From Takakia lepidozioides (Eukaryota; Plantae; Bryophyta), in the NCBI GenBank assembly GCA_030704615.1, contig CM060731.1, forward strand, positions 186,001-250,000: a stretch of 64,000 bases of DNA, written 5' to 3'. Both the position numbers and the translations under genes were made by a program. Every line of letters starts with the position of its first letter. The stretch's first letter is position 1. The notes beneath the pieces were generated by a model that did not search any database, was not told where the DNA came from, and worked only from the letters and a program-made list of their open reading frames with translations. This document shows, piece by piece, positions 1 to 14,200 of this stretch.

Positions 1-3000
1 TGCCATCTCCTTGGTGGGGATAAAATGGCCCATTTTACTGAACCTATCCACCACTACCATGATTGCATCGAATCCTTTTGACAGCGGCATAGCAATCATG
101 AAATCCATCGAGACACTTTCCCAAGACCCCTCTGGAATCGGTAAGGGTTGTAACAGCCCCGCTTGCTTTTTGTACTCGCTCCGGTTTTGTTGGCATGTGG
201 TGCATGTCTTGACATACTCCTCTGCCTCCTCCCTTAGTTTGGGCCAGAAATACTCTTTCTTCAGGAGTGCCGCGGTGCGCTTGGCTCCGTCGTGGCCCGC
301 AAGCGGGCCATCATGGCATTCTCTCAAGAGACTATCTCTGATCCCTCCCATTGGCACGTAGAGATGCTTTTGCTTGTACCGGAGCAGTCCATTTTGCAAG
401 TGGAACTGCGATTTAACCCCCATCCTCAAGTCCTGCATCACGGACTTTGCCATCTCGTCCTTCCGGTAAGCCTTCCGGTAAGCCTTCCGGATCTTCCTTT
501 GGAGCGCCGTCTCGCCCCTGTACACCAACATGAGCTGCTGCTTTCTACTTAGAGCATCGGCCACCACATTGTCCCGTCCCGATTTATACTGGATATCCAC
601 GTCGAACACCGCCAAAGTATCTTGCCACCTAAGTTGTTTCGGGGACAACTTAGGCTGTGTGGCAAAATACTTCACCGTGACAATGCCCGTGAACACCTTC
701 ACCGGGTTGGAACCAACATAGTGGCGCCAAAACTCAAGGCAATGCACCACCGCCTTCATTTCTTTCTCGTGCGTTGGCCACCGTCGCTCCACTTCATTCA
801 GTTTCTTACTTTTGTAAGCCACTGGACGTCCATCCTGCATGAGTACACCTCCAATCGCGAAGTCCGACGCATCCGTATGAATCTCAAATGGACGGTCGAA
901 CTCCGGGATTTTCAGGACTGGAGCTTCCGCCATCCGCTGCTTCAACTCGGCCAAAGCTTGGCCACAAAAGGTGTTCTATACCCATATCTTGGATTTACAC
1001 AGAAGGTCTGACAGTGGCCCCGCGATCTTGGCGAAATTTCTCACATACTTTCGGTAATAGGAGGCGAGTCCTAGGAAGGATCGCACTCCCGGGACCGAAG
1101 TCGGAGGCTCCCAGTCCAAGATTGCCCTCACCTTTCTGTCATCCATTTTGATCCCATCATGTGTAATCACATCCAGAAATTGCGGGAATGGAAGCTGTAT
1201 GCCAAAGCTTCAAAGTGCGAATTCGGGGTCACAAAAGTAGAGTTCCTACTTTTGAGGTGCTCTAGGTGCTCTTCCTTTGTTTTCGAGTACACCAAGATGT
1301 CGTCAATGTACACGATTACAAAGTCATCCAACCACTCCTGGAAAAGGCTGTTCATTAGCGTGCTAAAGGTCGCGGGTGCGTTGGTGAGTCCAAAAGGCGT
1401 CACCAAGAACTCATATGAACCATATCTTGTCCTGCACGCGGTTTTCTCCTCATCTCCTTCCGCCACTTGGATTTGATGGTAGCCGGAGCGCAAATCGATC
1501 CGGATGAAATACTTCGCTCCTGCCAACCGATCGAAGAGGTCGTCGATCCTTGGCAAAGGGTACCAGTTCTTGATAGTCACCTTATTCAGAGCCCTATAAT
1601 CGACACACATCCGCAGCGTCCCATCCTTCTTGTCTGCGAATAGCACCGGGGCTCTGTAGGGTGACTTACTCGGCCGGATATAACCCTTTGACATTAGATC
1701 CTTGAGCTGAGCCTTCAGCTCGACCAACTCTCTGTGGCTCAACTGGTAGGGCGCCTTGGCAGGCGGCTCCGATCCCGGTATCACCTCAATCTTGTGGTCA
1801 ACTCCTCTTCGCGGTGGCAAGCTGCTTGGTAAATCCTCTGGCATCACATCCTGGTATTTCTCCAAAATCCCCTTGATCCAATCTGGGCTCGGCTCCCTAT
1901 CGCCTTCTCCCTTCACTTGTCTTACGTAAAGCAAAAATTGGGGCTCGTGTGGCTCCTCCACGGCCCACTCCATTGCTGATAGCAGGTTTATTCGCCCTCC
2001 CACTAGGTTGGGCGTTTTCGAAACTCGTAAAACTTCGCCATCATTCCCACATGGCAACGTGACTACTCTCTTGCGGCCATCTATGACCGCTCCGGATTTG
2101 CTCAAAAATGTCATCCCCGAAATGAGATCCACTCCATCGATCTCGCAAATGGTGAAGTTCTCACGTCCCTCCCAACTCCCCAGTTGAAGAGGAACATCGA
2201 ACGCCAACCTCATCGCCAATTGTGGTTCTCCTTTGGCAGAACGCACCTCAATAGAGGCTCCCACGTCACTTGTCGGGAGCCCCAGTTTTCGTGCCGTTGC
2301 CGGTGCCATGAAGGAGTGCGACGCTCATGTGTCCACCAACAACGACACGTTAGTTCCGGAAATTATCCCATCCACGAACATTAACTGACCTCCTTTACGC
2401 AAAGCGCCAGTTTCCTGATACAACTCACAAGAGTAGTTGCCTATCTTGCAAGTCTTGGCGACCACTGCCTCCACCAAGCGGCTGATTGAATCTTCGGACA
2501 GCTCCGTGGCCGCCCGAGTCATGTTCAATTGTGGGGGTTTCGTGCACTTCTTGGCTATGTGCCCGGGTTCTCCGCAATTGAAGCACACTCCATCGAAGGT
2601 CGCCTTCTATCCGCCATAAGCCGCCGCACATGCTTTTCCTTTCGGAGCATCGGGTGCCACCTTGACGTGTGAAGGCCCTCCCTTCGATTTCCACGTGCCA
2701 TTGTCGCCGCGTGGCCTATCCCACTTCTTTTTTGGTCGGAAGGAGTCACCCTCCCGCCGGGCCTTCTTGTGGTTCAGCTCCATACGGCCTTGTCTTTCGC
2801 CCCTAGGGACATCCAAGAAACATTCAGCCCTCTCAAGGTTTCCGGGTTTGGACCTCGGTCGTGAAGGCATTTCTGCCACCATTGTTGAGCATAGCCCCTC
2901 AAATAGGTGGGAGCCACTTCCACCCGATCCTCGTCACTCAACTTGGCCGCCCGGAAGTACTGCTCTAGCTCTAAGAGCCAGGTGTTGAGTGCCTTCCGAT

Positions 3001-3340
3001 TTCGGACGCCCTCGAAGGTGTCGGGTTCCTTAGGCTTCACCTTAAACTTTGCCCTTTTGGGAAGGGTTGTTGGCGCAGTTTGGCGGGACGTTGAAAGACG
3101 TGTTGAAGGCAGTTAATGCCACTTCCACCTACTGGCATGGGAGGAATCTGTTGGTCTGTCGGAGCTCTCAGGAATTCCTCAGGCTCCGACTCCTGGGATT
3201 CCTCCCGTTCTTGAGCAGCCTCGCTTTCAAAAGCATGCATCGCTTCCTCAAATGGCCGCTTTGGTGACAGGTCGCCCCCATCGGGCTCACCGGGATCATC
3301 ATCTTTCGGGCCGTTCCACTTTCGCTTTGGCTTGCCCGAC
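1..3340 (-). pseudogene. gag-pol pseudogene with frameshifts, stops and internal deletions
   Basis: Split ORFs 2774-3040 (gag, KPKEPDTFEG...WLLELEQYF), 2325-2588, 1167-2309 and 976-1170. Confidence 0.9.
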
Positions 3341-3386
3341 CCCATGATGAGGCCGATCCCAAGGACGATTGCGTACTGAACTCTAA

Positions 3387-3398
3387 GCTCTGATACCA
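3387..3398 (-). promoter_or_regulatory. Primer binding site complementary to initiator tRNA-Met
   Basis: TGGTATCAGAGC on the minus strand, 2 nt after the LTR CA end. Confidence 0.9.
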
Positions 3399-3400
3399 AA

Positions 3401-3935
3401 TGTCGCGCACCTCACTTTGGTAAGCTCTCCTTCAAGTCATAGTTACTCGCTTTGATGCGCGCGCCTAACTCCCAACCTGGCCGCCGGGCCAACTCAGAGC
3501 TTCGGCTGCTCACCGGAACATAACGGTCCCCCTTTACTCTTCCAAAAGACCCTCCACCAATTTGGGCCTAGTGGAAATTCCCTTTGGTAGATGGCAGTCC
3601 GGAATAGCTCCCCACTCCTTGGTCGCTTTCCAGCTCGCTCGCTTACTCACTAGTTTTTGGTCACCAACGGGTTTGCACCGTTCTCGGGGTTACTACTGCC
3701 CACCCACCACGGCCCCATTGGACCGTGATGAGTCCCAAGACTCCCCACGACTCCCACCACAAGGTCTCCGCCCCATAGTGAGTCCTATGCCACCCCCACT
3801 AAGTCCCGCTAAGCTACCACCACCCCTTGTGGAGCCACCCCCACCGCAACCCGGTGTGCGGGGCTTATTTGTGTTTGTAATATGCATATGGGAGTCTAGC
3901 AGCCCTGGGAAGGGGCAAAGAGGTTCATGGTGACA
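3401..3935 (-). repeat. 5' LTR of the gypsy element
   Basis: TGTC...GACA termini on the minus strand, directly followed by the PBS. Confidence 0.8.
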
Positions 3936-4599
3936 TTATCAAAACTGGAATTATATCAGATGTCATTATGAACATTCCCCTGGTGTACATCTACATCAAA
4001 CACTAGAAGAGAAACCAGCTTTTTCCACGGCTTTTTCCACACTTTTTGCTGTGGAATCAGCCGCAGTCCACACCTGCCGTGGGTGTTAGTGCTTTCGGAC
4101 ACCCCGTGGACGGCCTGGCTCTCGGGTAGCCCTGTGGAAAAGTCCACGGGAGGCTTTTTCCACGGGTGGTTTTTTTCACGGGGTGCATGGTGACATGGCC
4201 GCTAACATGGCGGATGGCATAGCTGACATGGCAGAGTGTGAAAAAGGCCAGTGTGGCATGTTTCACGGCGGATTTCACACCTTGAACAAACCACTATGCG
4301 ACACGTGTCATATTTCACACCTTCGACAAGTCACTATGCAACACGTGTTCGTTCCTGTGTGGTGGTACGCATTAATTAATTATTAATTGATTTCCAACAT
4401 TAAGTTTGAATATTAATGGATTTAATTTATTGTTATTATTATTATTATTATTATTATGGAGAGTGGCCTTGATGAGAACATTATTAAATAAAAATATTGA
4501 AATTATATTTTTAGAAATTATATTTATTCGCTCAGATACCAAAACACACCCTTTGCAGGGAAGGAGTTTGCCTTAGTGTCTATGTTGAGTTGCGTCTCC

Positions 4600-5470
4600 T
4601 ACTCTCTGTAATCTAATAGGCATTCACCTTTTTCCCTCGGTTGTCCCACCCTTGACTGGGGTCAGAAAAGCATTCATGTCACAGCTTCTCCTCGTCTCTG
4701 TTACATGTTTCTGGATACTTTTCTATTGTCACTTTGGCAGTATCATGTCAAAATCACTCCAAACTATGTACCATCTACCCATGCAGGTTTCTTGTAGCTA
4801 TCCTTCCACAGGGAATCATAAGTGATCTGGAGCTTAAAATCTGGCCCTCTTGGATGACACTCTATCCCTGCTCCTTCAGCTATCTATGCCTCTGCACAGA
4901 TCATGCATACATCCTTGCATTGATGTTAGCAGCTGACAATGGCAGCCTAGATTTGTTCAGCAAACACCCCAACTCAACCTTACTCACAGTCAGGTTCTAT
5001 TCTCAATTGATCTTACCACTCTGTAATCCAAAGCCATTTATCTTCCAAGACGGTTGTGTTCCAGCAAAACACCCAACTCAACTTATCACATCAGTTCCTA
5101 TTCTCAATTGCATCTACCACTCTGTAATCCAAAGCCATGTATCTTCCAAGAGGTTGTCCCCACCATTGACTGGGGTCAGAAAAGTATTCATTCTACAGCT
5201 TCTCCTCTCTGTTACCTATTTCTGGATACTTTCCTATTGTCACTTTGGCAGTATCATGTCAAAGTAACTTCCAAACTATCAAAGGTTCACTCAACCAGCT
5301 AACTTGCAGAATCTTAAAACATGAAATTAGGGTGATTCTGATAAGAGGGGAAAACAAAGTGAAATGTGTTGAAGAAGGTGCCTTCATTAGCATTGTCTGA
5401 TTTTATCAATTGTGCCGCCTGCTGCTGCGGCTTCCAGTGGACCATCTACCCATGCAGGTTTCTTGGAGCT
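4600..5470. repeat. Dispersed repeat module, also present in tandem at 58905-60285
   Basis: Shared blocks such as ACCATCTACCCATGCAGGTTTCTTG, TGACTGGGGTCAGAAA and CACTCAACCAGCTAACTTG. Confidence 0.85.
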
Positions 5471-5479
5471 ATTTTTCCA

Positions 5480-6960
5480 AAGGGAATCACCCCTCCCCGC
5501 ATCATTGCTCATAGGTCTCCAAAGCCTCTATCCACGCCCTTGATGTGCATATCCTGCAATCATCGACTCCACGACACCACTATGTTCAGCCATACTGTCG
5601 AACACTTCTTTGCATCCTCGATGCACCCACTTTGGCATATATGCAGCCACAGGGCAGTGTTCAGAATGACATTGGGTACAATTCCAGATTTGACGATGTC
5701 ACCATGGACCTCTTGCCCTTTCCAGAGCTCCCAGGCTTGCACATGCCTTACAACAAATGTGATGTGGTTGGGCTTCCACCCCTTCGCGTTAGAAGTTGCT
5801 CATAGGTCTCCAAAGCATTCCTTTTTACCACAACACATGTTTAAATACTACCAACATTATATTCAACGTGATCAAAGTTCGTTGAGGCATCCGTGAACAC
5901 TCGGTGTGCATTCATGATGCTCCTGCACTTAACATACCATGTTACACAAGGGGGTTGAGGAGAAAAACACTAGGCGTGAATCCACTTTGGATAATGTGAG
6001 TGTGCACCTGCTTTCCAGCTTCCAACCATTCTTTGATGCATTAAGCAAGAGACAGACATCCATAGGCTGAATCTGCTGAAATGCTCCTTGGTTAAAGGTT
6101 GTAGAGCCTCTTTCAGTCTGTCTGCCTCACAAAGCATCTTCACATGCCCAGAAGAGCCAGACGAGGCATTATGGGACTCCCTCTTTGATCCTATTTTAGA
6201 AGTTGTGCTCATGGTGAGGTGCTAATTGAAATCAGGGCTGCCAAGCCTGCAATGCACACAAACATGATGTGGCGGGCTGAACCCTTCCCCCATCATTTGC
6301 TCATAGGTCTCCAAAGCCTCCATCCCACGCTCTGCTGTGCATACCCTGCAAACATCGCATCCATGACACCACATCTCGTTCAGCCTATGTTGTTGAACAC
6401 TCCCTTTGCATCCTCGATGCACCCACATTTTTCATACAGTCCACTAGGGTATTGTTCAAAATGACATTTGGGTACAATTCCAGCTCTGAAGGTGTCACCA
6501 TGGACCCTCCTTTCCCCTTTCCAGAGCTGCCAGGGCAGTGTTTCGAATGACATTAGGTACAATTCCAGCTTGATGATATCCCCATTCCAAAGCCCTCCAA
6601 AGCCCGCCATCTCATCCACGTCTCCTGCTGTTGCCTACCCTGCAAGCATCGCACTCCACCCACGCACCACATCTATCGCTTGCACCAAGTGGTTGAACAC
6701 TCCCTTTGCATCCTCGATGCACCCACATTTGCATACATGTCCACTAGGGGTATTGTTCAGCACGACCTCCTTCCCCTTTTTCCCAGAGCTGCCAGGGCAG
6801 TGTTTAATGACATTAAGTACAATCCACTTTGATGATATCCCCATGCACCTCTTTGCCCTTCTCAAGGGCTCCAGACTTGCACAAGCATGCAATGCACACA
6901 AACATGATGTGAGAGGGCAAAACAGGCTGAAATAGGTCAAAGAAGAAGATGCCCTCACCA
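5480..6960 (-). pseudogene. Several PLS-class PPR gene fragments inside the CACTA
   Basis: Motifs such as VHGDIVKSGIVPNVILNTAL, KCGCIEDAKGVFN, WSAMLAG, EALETYEQMMGEG; frameshifted. Confidence 0.85.
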
Positions 6961-8399
6961 CATTGTCCTTGAGCTTGTGTCATGACTTGACCGACCATCA
7001 ACCCAAAAAGACCTCTTGTGTGTGCTGCTTGTGTCTGTAGTCCGGTAATGTCGGATTGGTCTGTGAGATCGAACCACCACGGTGCAGCTGAGTAGGCAGA
7101 GATTGAAAACAGGTCTGCTAAGACCAAGCTAACTCTCCCAAGAACGGCGAGCTCGCAATAATGTTGTGAGCTTCTCCTCGTCTCATCTCCTCATCCTCTC
7201 CTCCTCCTTCCTGCATCATTTGCTCATCAACGCCTCCATCCCACGCCCCTACATATCCTGCGATCATCGTGTTCCATCCCTCGGCTACATGGTGTGGCGC
7301 AGGAATTAAAAAAAACCGCCAAGTCCCAGCCCTCCTCTGTGTTCACGATTACCCTAATGGGCAACCTTATTAGCAACTTTTTTGACTTTTTAACCTTTTG
7401 CACTTTGATTCATTCTAGGTCAAAGGCTAAAATCCTGCTACGGAACTTAGTTCAGTTCAACGTTAAGATGCAAGTGATTTCTAGGGGCCAAAAAAAAAAG
7501 TAATAAAATCATGCCTATGCCTTATTTATACTAGGGTAGTAGGTTGGCAGAACGGGGGCCACATTTTGAGTGATCCCCATGATCATGTCCATTTCACCAC
7601 CCAAGGGCATATTATAGACTTTCATAATGCTAGAGAGATGAGCAAGATTGAAAATGGGGTTGTTAGTGTAGCAGGGGGTGGGAAGGTGTGGTGATGTCAG
7701 CAGGGGGGGGTTTGCCAAGTAGCCATTTTGTGCGGCAGGGGGGATGGTGGGGTGATTCTTTCACTTTGCTAGTAAGCCCATAGTTGGCAGATTTCTTAAC
7801 AGGAACATGAAAAGTTCATAATCATTTTCAGTTCCAAGCGGCATCATTCTCAAACTCCCCTACACAACTCAGTGGAAATAATTGTATGTTTACATTTCAC
7901 ATAGGTTGTATAACATGCCATGTAAACTAAGCCAACCGCCCTTTGCCCGCTCAAGGCTTTTTGTTCACACCGTTCTGCCTGGGGTGTGGACCACATGTGA
8001 GGACACACACAGTTAGGCAGCATATTTAGACCCACACCGTGGCTCAGATTACAGACCCGTGATAAAAAGCCATGGAATGTGTTTTCAGTTGTTGAGGATG
8101 GCAGAGCCGTGGAAAAAGCCGGTTTCTCTTCTAGTGAAATGTGAGCCTGACAGCCCTGGCCAGAGAAGAACATGAAGAGGGCTTACAATTTCGTTCGTCG
8201 GGCGTAGACATTGCGTAATGAGAAGAAGCAGGTAGGAAAACAGTTCAGTGTTCCTAGCATGCATGCGGAGACACCGTGTAGAAGTTAGGCTCAGACTTTT
8301 ACTATGGCTGGATTTTGTTGATAGTGTTCCAGCACTTACTCTCTGGGATTTTATTTATTGTGTGGAGCTTGAATCCCCAATGGTACTTCTTTCGCTACA

Positions 8400-9289
8400 A
8401 TAGTGGTATGTGTTCCTCTAGTCATGTTCCTAGTCACTTGCACGCCACTGTAATAGTGGTATAATTTAAAACTGTAAGAGTAGCCAAATACACACAATTG
8501 CCTCCATTACCACTCCTGTAGTGGTATACGTAATCACCTATATATTACTGTATTAATGGTATGAATTCCTCCAGTGGTTCCAATCATCACTTACAAACCA
8601 CTCTGTTAGTAATCATCCAATCCATAGTCTCCACTCAGAGAGACACCATGATGATTCAAACAGCTTACATACCACTATGTGGGTAATCATTTCCAATGAC
8701 CTGCTAAGAGACGTCATCCACTCACATAACCACGGTTGAGTGATATTGTATATTCTCAGTTTTCATAGACTGACTTTGTGAGTCATTTCACGATCACTCA
8801 ACAAGTGGTTTCGGAAGTCATTGAATTTTTCACTCCATCCATTTCGTAGCACCGACACAGGACACGTGCCATGCTGAGAGTGTCGCCATGTGTCAATAAA
8901 TATAATCCTATCATCCACGGACCACCGACTTCCACGTGTCCATTAGAAAACGGAAGTGGTTACTTTACCACTATGACACGTCAGTTTACCACTGTGACAC
9001 GTCAGAAGTGGTTGGTTTACCTTAGTGACACATCATTGACACGTCACATTGGTGAGTTTACACGTCACAATGGTTAATTTACCACTGTGACATGTCAGCG
9101 AACAAGTGGACTCGGACGTGAGTGGTTCGAACCACTGTCCTTAACCACTGATGCCACGTAATGTTTTTTACCACTCACTTGTCCTAATCCACTGGTTCTT
9201 CATCACTCTGGGGCCAGAGTGGTTTAGTGTCTTTTACCACTCAAAATGAGTGGTTAACAGAGTGGTTATTCCGCATTTTTCTTCTAGTG
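8400..9289. mobile_element. Right end of another CACTA element (remnant)
   Basis: Ends TTCTAGTG at 9289 (reverse complement CACTAGAAGAAAA), preceded by dense ACCACT/AGTGGT subterminal repeats; no matching left end found. Confidence 0.65.
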
Positions 9290-9389
9290 GACACAGTTAA
9301 AAAAATTCAAGCATGGTGATATATGTCCTTCTACTTCTCTTTAACCTTATGTGAAATCCAAAACCCTGCTGAGAACCAGTTATTGGCAA

Positions 9390-9880
9390 ACAACTCAATG
9401 AACTTATTGAGGCTCCCACACCCATTTCAAATGCAAACATACCTAGCTTAGTCTGGCTTAGCTCAAACCACATCATTTGCACATAAGTCTCTATAGCCTC
9501 CCACAACCATGTTGGTCATATCCTGCAATCATAGCACTCCAGGAAGCCACATCTAGAAATATGAACCCCTAAATACACTCCCTCACCCATCATCCCTGAG
9601 ATGGAGAAAGGCAATCAAGAGCCTGCCAGCCCATTGACAAGACCTATCCCTTGCCCATCACTCATGGCAGCTATTGAGTAATCCCATCAAATCCCACGCA
9701 CACAATCCAACACCATATCTCATTTAGTCATACTCTCTAACAGTCCCTCTGCATCCTCAATGCCCCCACAATTGGCATACATATCTATGAGGGGAGAGTT
9801 CAGAATGAGGCCTGACACAATTCCAGCTTTGACGATGTCACATGAAGCCTTTACCAGGGCTGCCGTACTCCCACATGCAT
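9390..9880 (-). pseudogene. PPR gene fragment
   Basis: EAIETYVQMM and degenerate PPR-type sequence similar to the fragments at 5.5-7 kb. Confidence 0.65.
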
Positions 9881-10629
9881 TTCAAAAGGAAGCAAAGAAA
9901 ACATTTAAGTTCCAGAAGAACACATTTAAGTTTTTGATCCAAAACCCAATGCTAAGGTTAGATATTTCACCTCTAGCATCTATCACAAAACAGGATGTTA
10001 GATCTACATAAGTATAAGATCAGCATTGTCTCTGAGTGGGGAGTCCATCATTCTTCATACTAGGCCATGTTGCACTCAATTTTAGCATGTGCTCGTGCTC
10101 GTGCTCGTGCTCGTGTGTTCTTTCTACCGAGACGGCCGGGAGCTGTCTTTTGCAACACAACTAGTGGTGGAGGAGTAACATCTTTGATAGGTGCCACCCG
10201 AGACCGCGTCTTATAATTGCCAGGGGGTGAAACAGTTGGGACACTGGCCTTTGGGAGGGTCATTGGGAACTTCTTGGGGGTGTGAGATTTCCTCTTCTTG
10301 TCTGACCTTGCATATTCCCTCACATCAAATGATCTACACAAACATATACCAAGTTAGAACAAGCAAAACATCCAAAACATCCAAAACACAGAGGTTTGCT
10401 ATTTCATGAGCATGAGCGGCATGAGCGGCATGAGCAGAGTAGTAACACAATCGGTTTTCATGAGCAGAAGTACAAATTTCGAAAATAAAAAACAATAAAA
10501 AACAATAATTTAATGCAATGTGTCAGGAAAAACAAATATATTATTCGGCCCCTTGAAGGGAAAATTGCACTTTTGACAGTTGTGCTCATGATATTTCGTC
10601 TTCCGCTCATGCCAATTCCCAGCGACATG

Positions 10630-11060
10630 TGCAAATATGGCGCCGAATTTCGCGGTAATAGGGTCCGTAACCTGAAAAAACGGCGACGTATTTCGCGGCA
10701 ATAGGTCTCTCTGGCGAAAAATGGTGCCGAATTCCGCGGCTATAGGTCCCCTCATGACAGGTAATTCGGCGCCATTTTTCCAGTGCATGTTCGGACTTAG
10801 CCAGTTTTCGGCGCAAAATAGGGAATTCGGCGCCATTTTCCAGACACTGTACCAGTGCATGTTGGGACTTAGCCAGTTTTCGGCCCAAAAAAGAGAAATT
10901 CGGCGCCATTTTTCCAGACACGGTACCAGTGCATGTTGGACTTAGCCAGTTTTCGGCCCAAAAAGAGAAATTCGGCGCCATTTTCCCAAACACAGGTACC
11001 AGTGCATGTTGGGACTTAGCGAGTTTTCGGCCCAAAAGAGAAATTCGGCGCCATTTTTCC
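10630..11060. repeat. ~70-bp tandem repeat downstream of transposase A containing the A-type motif
   Basis: Repeated GGACTTAGCCAGTTTTCGG...AAATTCGGCGCCATTTTTCC. Confidence 0.85.
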
Positions 11061-11217
11061 AGAATGGCCCCACAACTGCTTCTGTTGGATCTCAGTTTGA
11101 ATGGAATATTGCCTCATTCCATGAGTTTTGGGGTGCATTTCATTACACTGCAAAAAAAAAAAGTCTGATACAGCAAAATGCATTTGAAAATATCCATAGA
11201 GGATTCCGTTTGCCCCA

Positions 11218-14200
11218 TCAATGATTTCTGGAATCCCTAAGGAGGAGTTTGTGCAGCTCGTTCACGCTCAACGCCGGTGCATGAATAAAGTCATCAATAG
11301 TCACGTTCATCCTCAACCTCTTCAGGTAAATGTAATACAGATGCTTGCACGGATAATACTTCGAACCCTTCTTTGCTCCATCAACGAGAAGTCCGTACAG
11401 TTGCAAGTCGCTCCACTCCAATCGTAATTGTGTATACATCGTCGCGTACAGCCGAGCCGGCCGTTGCCATCCGATACACACGCCCAAGGCCGGGTGGGGG
11501 TACGTCCACGGAGCTCTGAATAGTGCAAGCCATCCCAAGAGCATTGGCAATCCGAGTCTCATTCAACTTGTTGGGAGGGTGTCGTCTCTTCACTCTTCCG
11601 AATCGCATTGTGGATGTGCAGAATTGTCCAATCCGTCTCTACTGGACCGAGCAGTCTGCAATGGCTGGGTCTGAGGAACCGGAATGCGTGGGCCGGGATG
11701 TCTGTGCGTTGCACCATTCGAAATCCTGCTGCAGATAGAGCATCCGCCTCATTCTGAGAGGGGCTGCAACCCGGTGCAACAGGCCAGACGCCCGGAGGCT
11801 CCGGCATTCCCTGAATCCCGTACTTGGGCTTGCCAAATACACAGGTCATTATGTCGTGCCTACAAACCAAAATGTCTGCGTTGTGGCGTGAGCAAATGGG
11901 GAGTCAAAAATCTGCCGCTGAAACAAGGTGCAGGTACACAGCACCGTGTGGTTGTTCCTCCGAATCATCTCACCACAGTGTGCTTTCGTATCCACCCGGG
12001 CGCACGGATGGTTCGCAACGATGCCGCCGAAGGTCCGGCAATGTCCTCAATTCACTATGACTCCGACACTCTTGTCTCCACAATGGGAATGTTGTATTGC
12101 TTTTACAGATGGCTCGTTATGTTGCCGGGGCACGTGCCTGTGCTCAAAGGAGATGGCGATCTTGAACGTGCAGGACTTCCGGTGCTCCTCGACGAGACCC
12201 CTCGGACAACATCACCGGACCACGAGGGAGGCGTGCGAATATTCTTGTCAGCTCGCCATGAATCCTCTTTTTCCGCCAAGTGTGTCATCGTGAAGTCTTC
12301 GTCTCACTGGACGGGTATGAACATCTCCTTCCAAATGTTGGCCTCTTCGCAGCAATGGCGTGTCCCGAAGGCCCTCTCGCAAGGCCGCCGCCCACTTCCG
12401 AGGATTCTTCGATCTGATCTGGAGCATCCGCATTCATTTCCTGCCTGTCCGGCCCCAAGCCCCACTGTTTTTCCCGTTCAAGACTCGTTGTACCTGCATT
12501 GCTGCATAATTGACCTCACAATGTCCTCCGTTGTGGCAGTGAGGATGTCCACCAGATGCGCCGCAGAGGAGGCACGCCAGGAAGAGTGCACTGATTCGGC
12601 CATGTTTGTCTGTGGGCATGTCGGTGTCGGAGTCGAGACACATTTCCTGCACAAGCACATGTTCAGGTTACAAGCAAGTTACAAATATGGCCAAGAATAA
12701 TATCCAACGGGACGCGAATTCGTGCAACTCACCTCCCGCATATAGTCGCCGAACTGGAGGAAACGATAATGCCACCATGCTAGCCAAACTAACCATTGCT
12801 CCTTCGTCTGATTTCCTTACAGCACCTGACGATGTCCACCAAGCCCGTATGCATGCAAACTGTGTCTCGCATCATCCAAGGTGGGAGCGCGCTTCCACGC
12901 AAGGCACATGGAACGTGTGCTCCTCTCTGAAATCTGGCGCCACGAGCCTGGTTGTGTACTGCGAAAGGCTTGCAGAAAATGGAACCCACAAGATCTCTCC
13001 TTGCCTTCCATGGGAACATTGGGTCTTGCCCGTACACCCTTCGGATGGCAGCCCAATTTGCTTGTGCGTTGTCCGCCATGAAACCACGGAAATTGGGAGG
13101 GGGCAATCCCGCCTTGGCCATCTTTCGTTGTTTATTCCCTGCCAAGAAGCATCTCCGATTGTGTGTCCTCTCCTTTCATCTCACAAATAGCAATTGTCAT
13201 TAGCATCTGCAGTGGGTGTCGTAGACATGTGCACCCATTTGTCACCCACTGGTGATTTGTAATTCGCTTGATATGGTCGAACATGACCCAACTGTTTGAC
13301 AAGTTCGTCCCACTCGTCATCCTGTCGACCAGTTCGACGCCACTGCCAGGTCCACACGTGGACATTTTGAATACGAAACAACGATCTGCCTCAGTCCCTT
13401 GTTCTGGAAACCTACTTCCATGAATGTAGTCATATCCACATCGTCGCTTCACCTCCAGAATGGAGTGCATATCCGAGCCACGCCCAATTTCTGTTTGCAT
13501 GAGACAATGGTTTCGGACATTCGGTGAACATACGTGGGACACCGACTCCAGCAATGCCTCCATTTCCTTCTCGTCGAGAGGAACTCTATCGGAGCCGTCT
13601 TCCGACATAATTCTGGCCAATGCCATCTTATGGGCGGCTTGGAGCTGTATCTGTTTGGGTTTGGCACCCGGTCTCAACTTAACCTCCTCCTGAACAAGCT
13701 GCTCTGCTTCGTGGGCAGCCTCCCGCGAGTTCCCCCTCGCCAATTTGTGACAATGGGAACAACGTGTATGCAAGCAAGGTGATGGTCAGGGAAACGGTGC
13801 AACACATAGAACTGCTTGGCATTACAAACAGACATGCAGTGTGGTGGTTCTTTGCAATGCGCACACTTAAATGTGGAGTTCGGAACCTTCTCCTGAGCTC
13901 GAAATGTTGGTGAGCTGTGCCTGTCCAATCGGTCTCGTTCCTGTGACCTCTGGATTTAAAGTGGAAGCAAGTTGGGGAGAAACACCGCAACGCGCCCGCA
14001 CAAACAACGTAGCGCACCCGCACACCATCAAGCATCTTCATGCTGGTGGTTTTTGGTAACGCACCAAGGATGACCGTCATGTTTTCTATCCATATCTTCA
14101 ACATTCCGGACGCCCTCGAGTAGTCCGCCCGAGGAGGGAACTCAAAGAGGATTTACCGTCGACGTCGGCGGGAAGGCATGTAACCGATTTAATTGCGAAC

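Larger units (their letters stand above)
1..3935 (-). mobile_element. Ty3/gypsy LTR retrotransposon, 5' part (LTR, PBS, gag, PR, RT, RH, start of IN), degenerate and running off the window edge
   Basis: Gag zinc knuckle CFNCGEPGHIAKKC (~2545-2588); protease LLVDT*ASH; RT motifs [26 protein letters not shown] (ORF 1167-2309); VRSFLGLASYYR; order PR-RT-RH-IN. Confidence 0.95.
4001..8136. mobile_element. Non-autonomous CACTA element (Pack-CACTA)
   Basis: TIR CACTAGAAGAGAAACC at 4001 and its reverse complement ending at 8136; 3-bp TSD AAA (3998-4000, 8137-8139); subterminal CCACGG/CCGTGG repeats; no transposase. Confidence 0.9.

Noticed and set aside
10088-10115. (GTGCTC)n microsatellite, and (ATT)n near 4430-4460
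   Set aside because: Ordinary simple repeats.
11684-12700. 338-aa plus-strand ORF
   Set aside because: It is the antisense shadow of transposase A and has no recognisable motifs.
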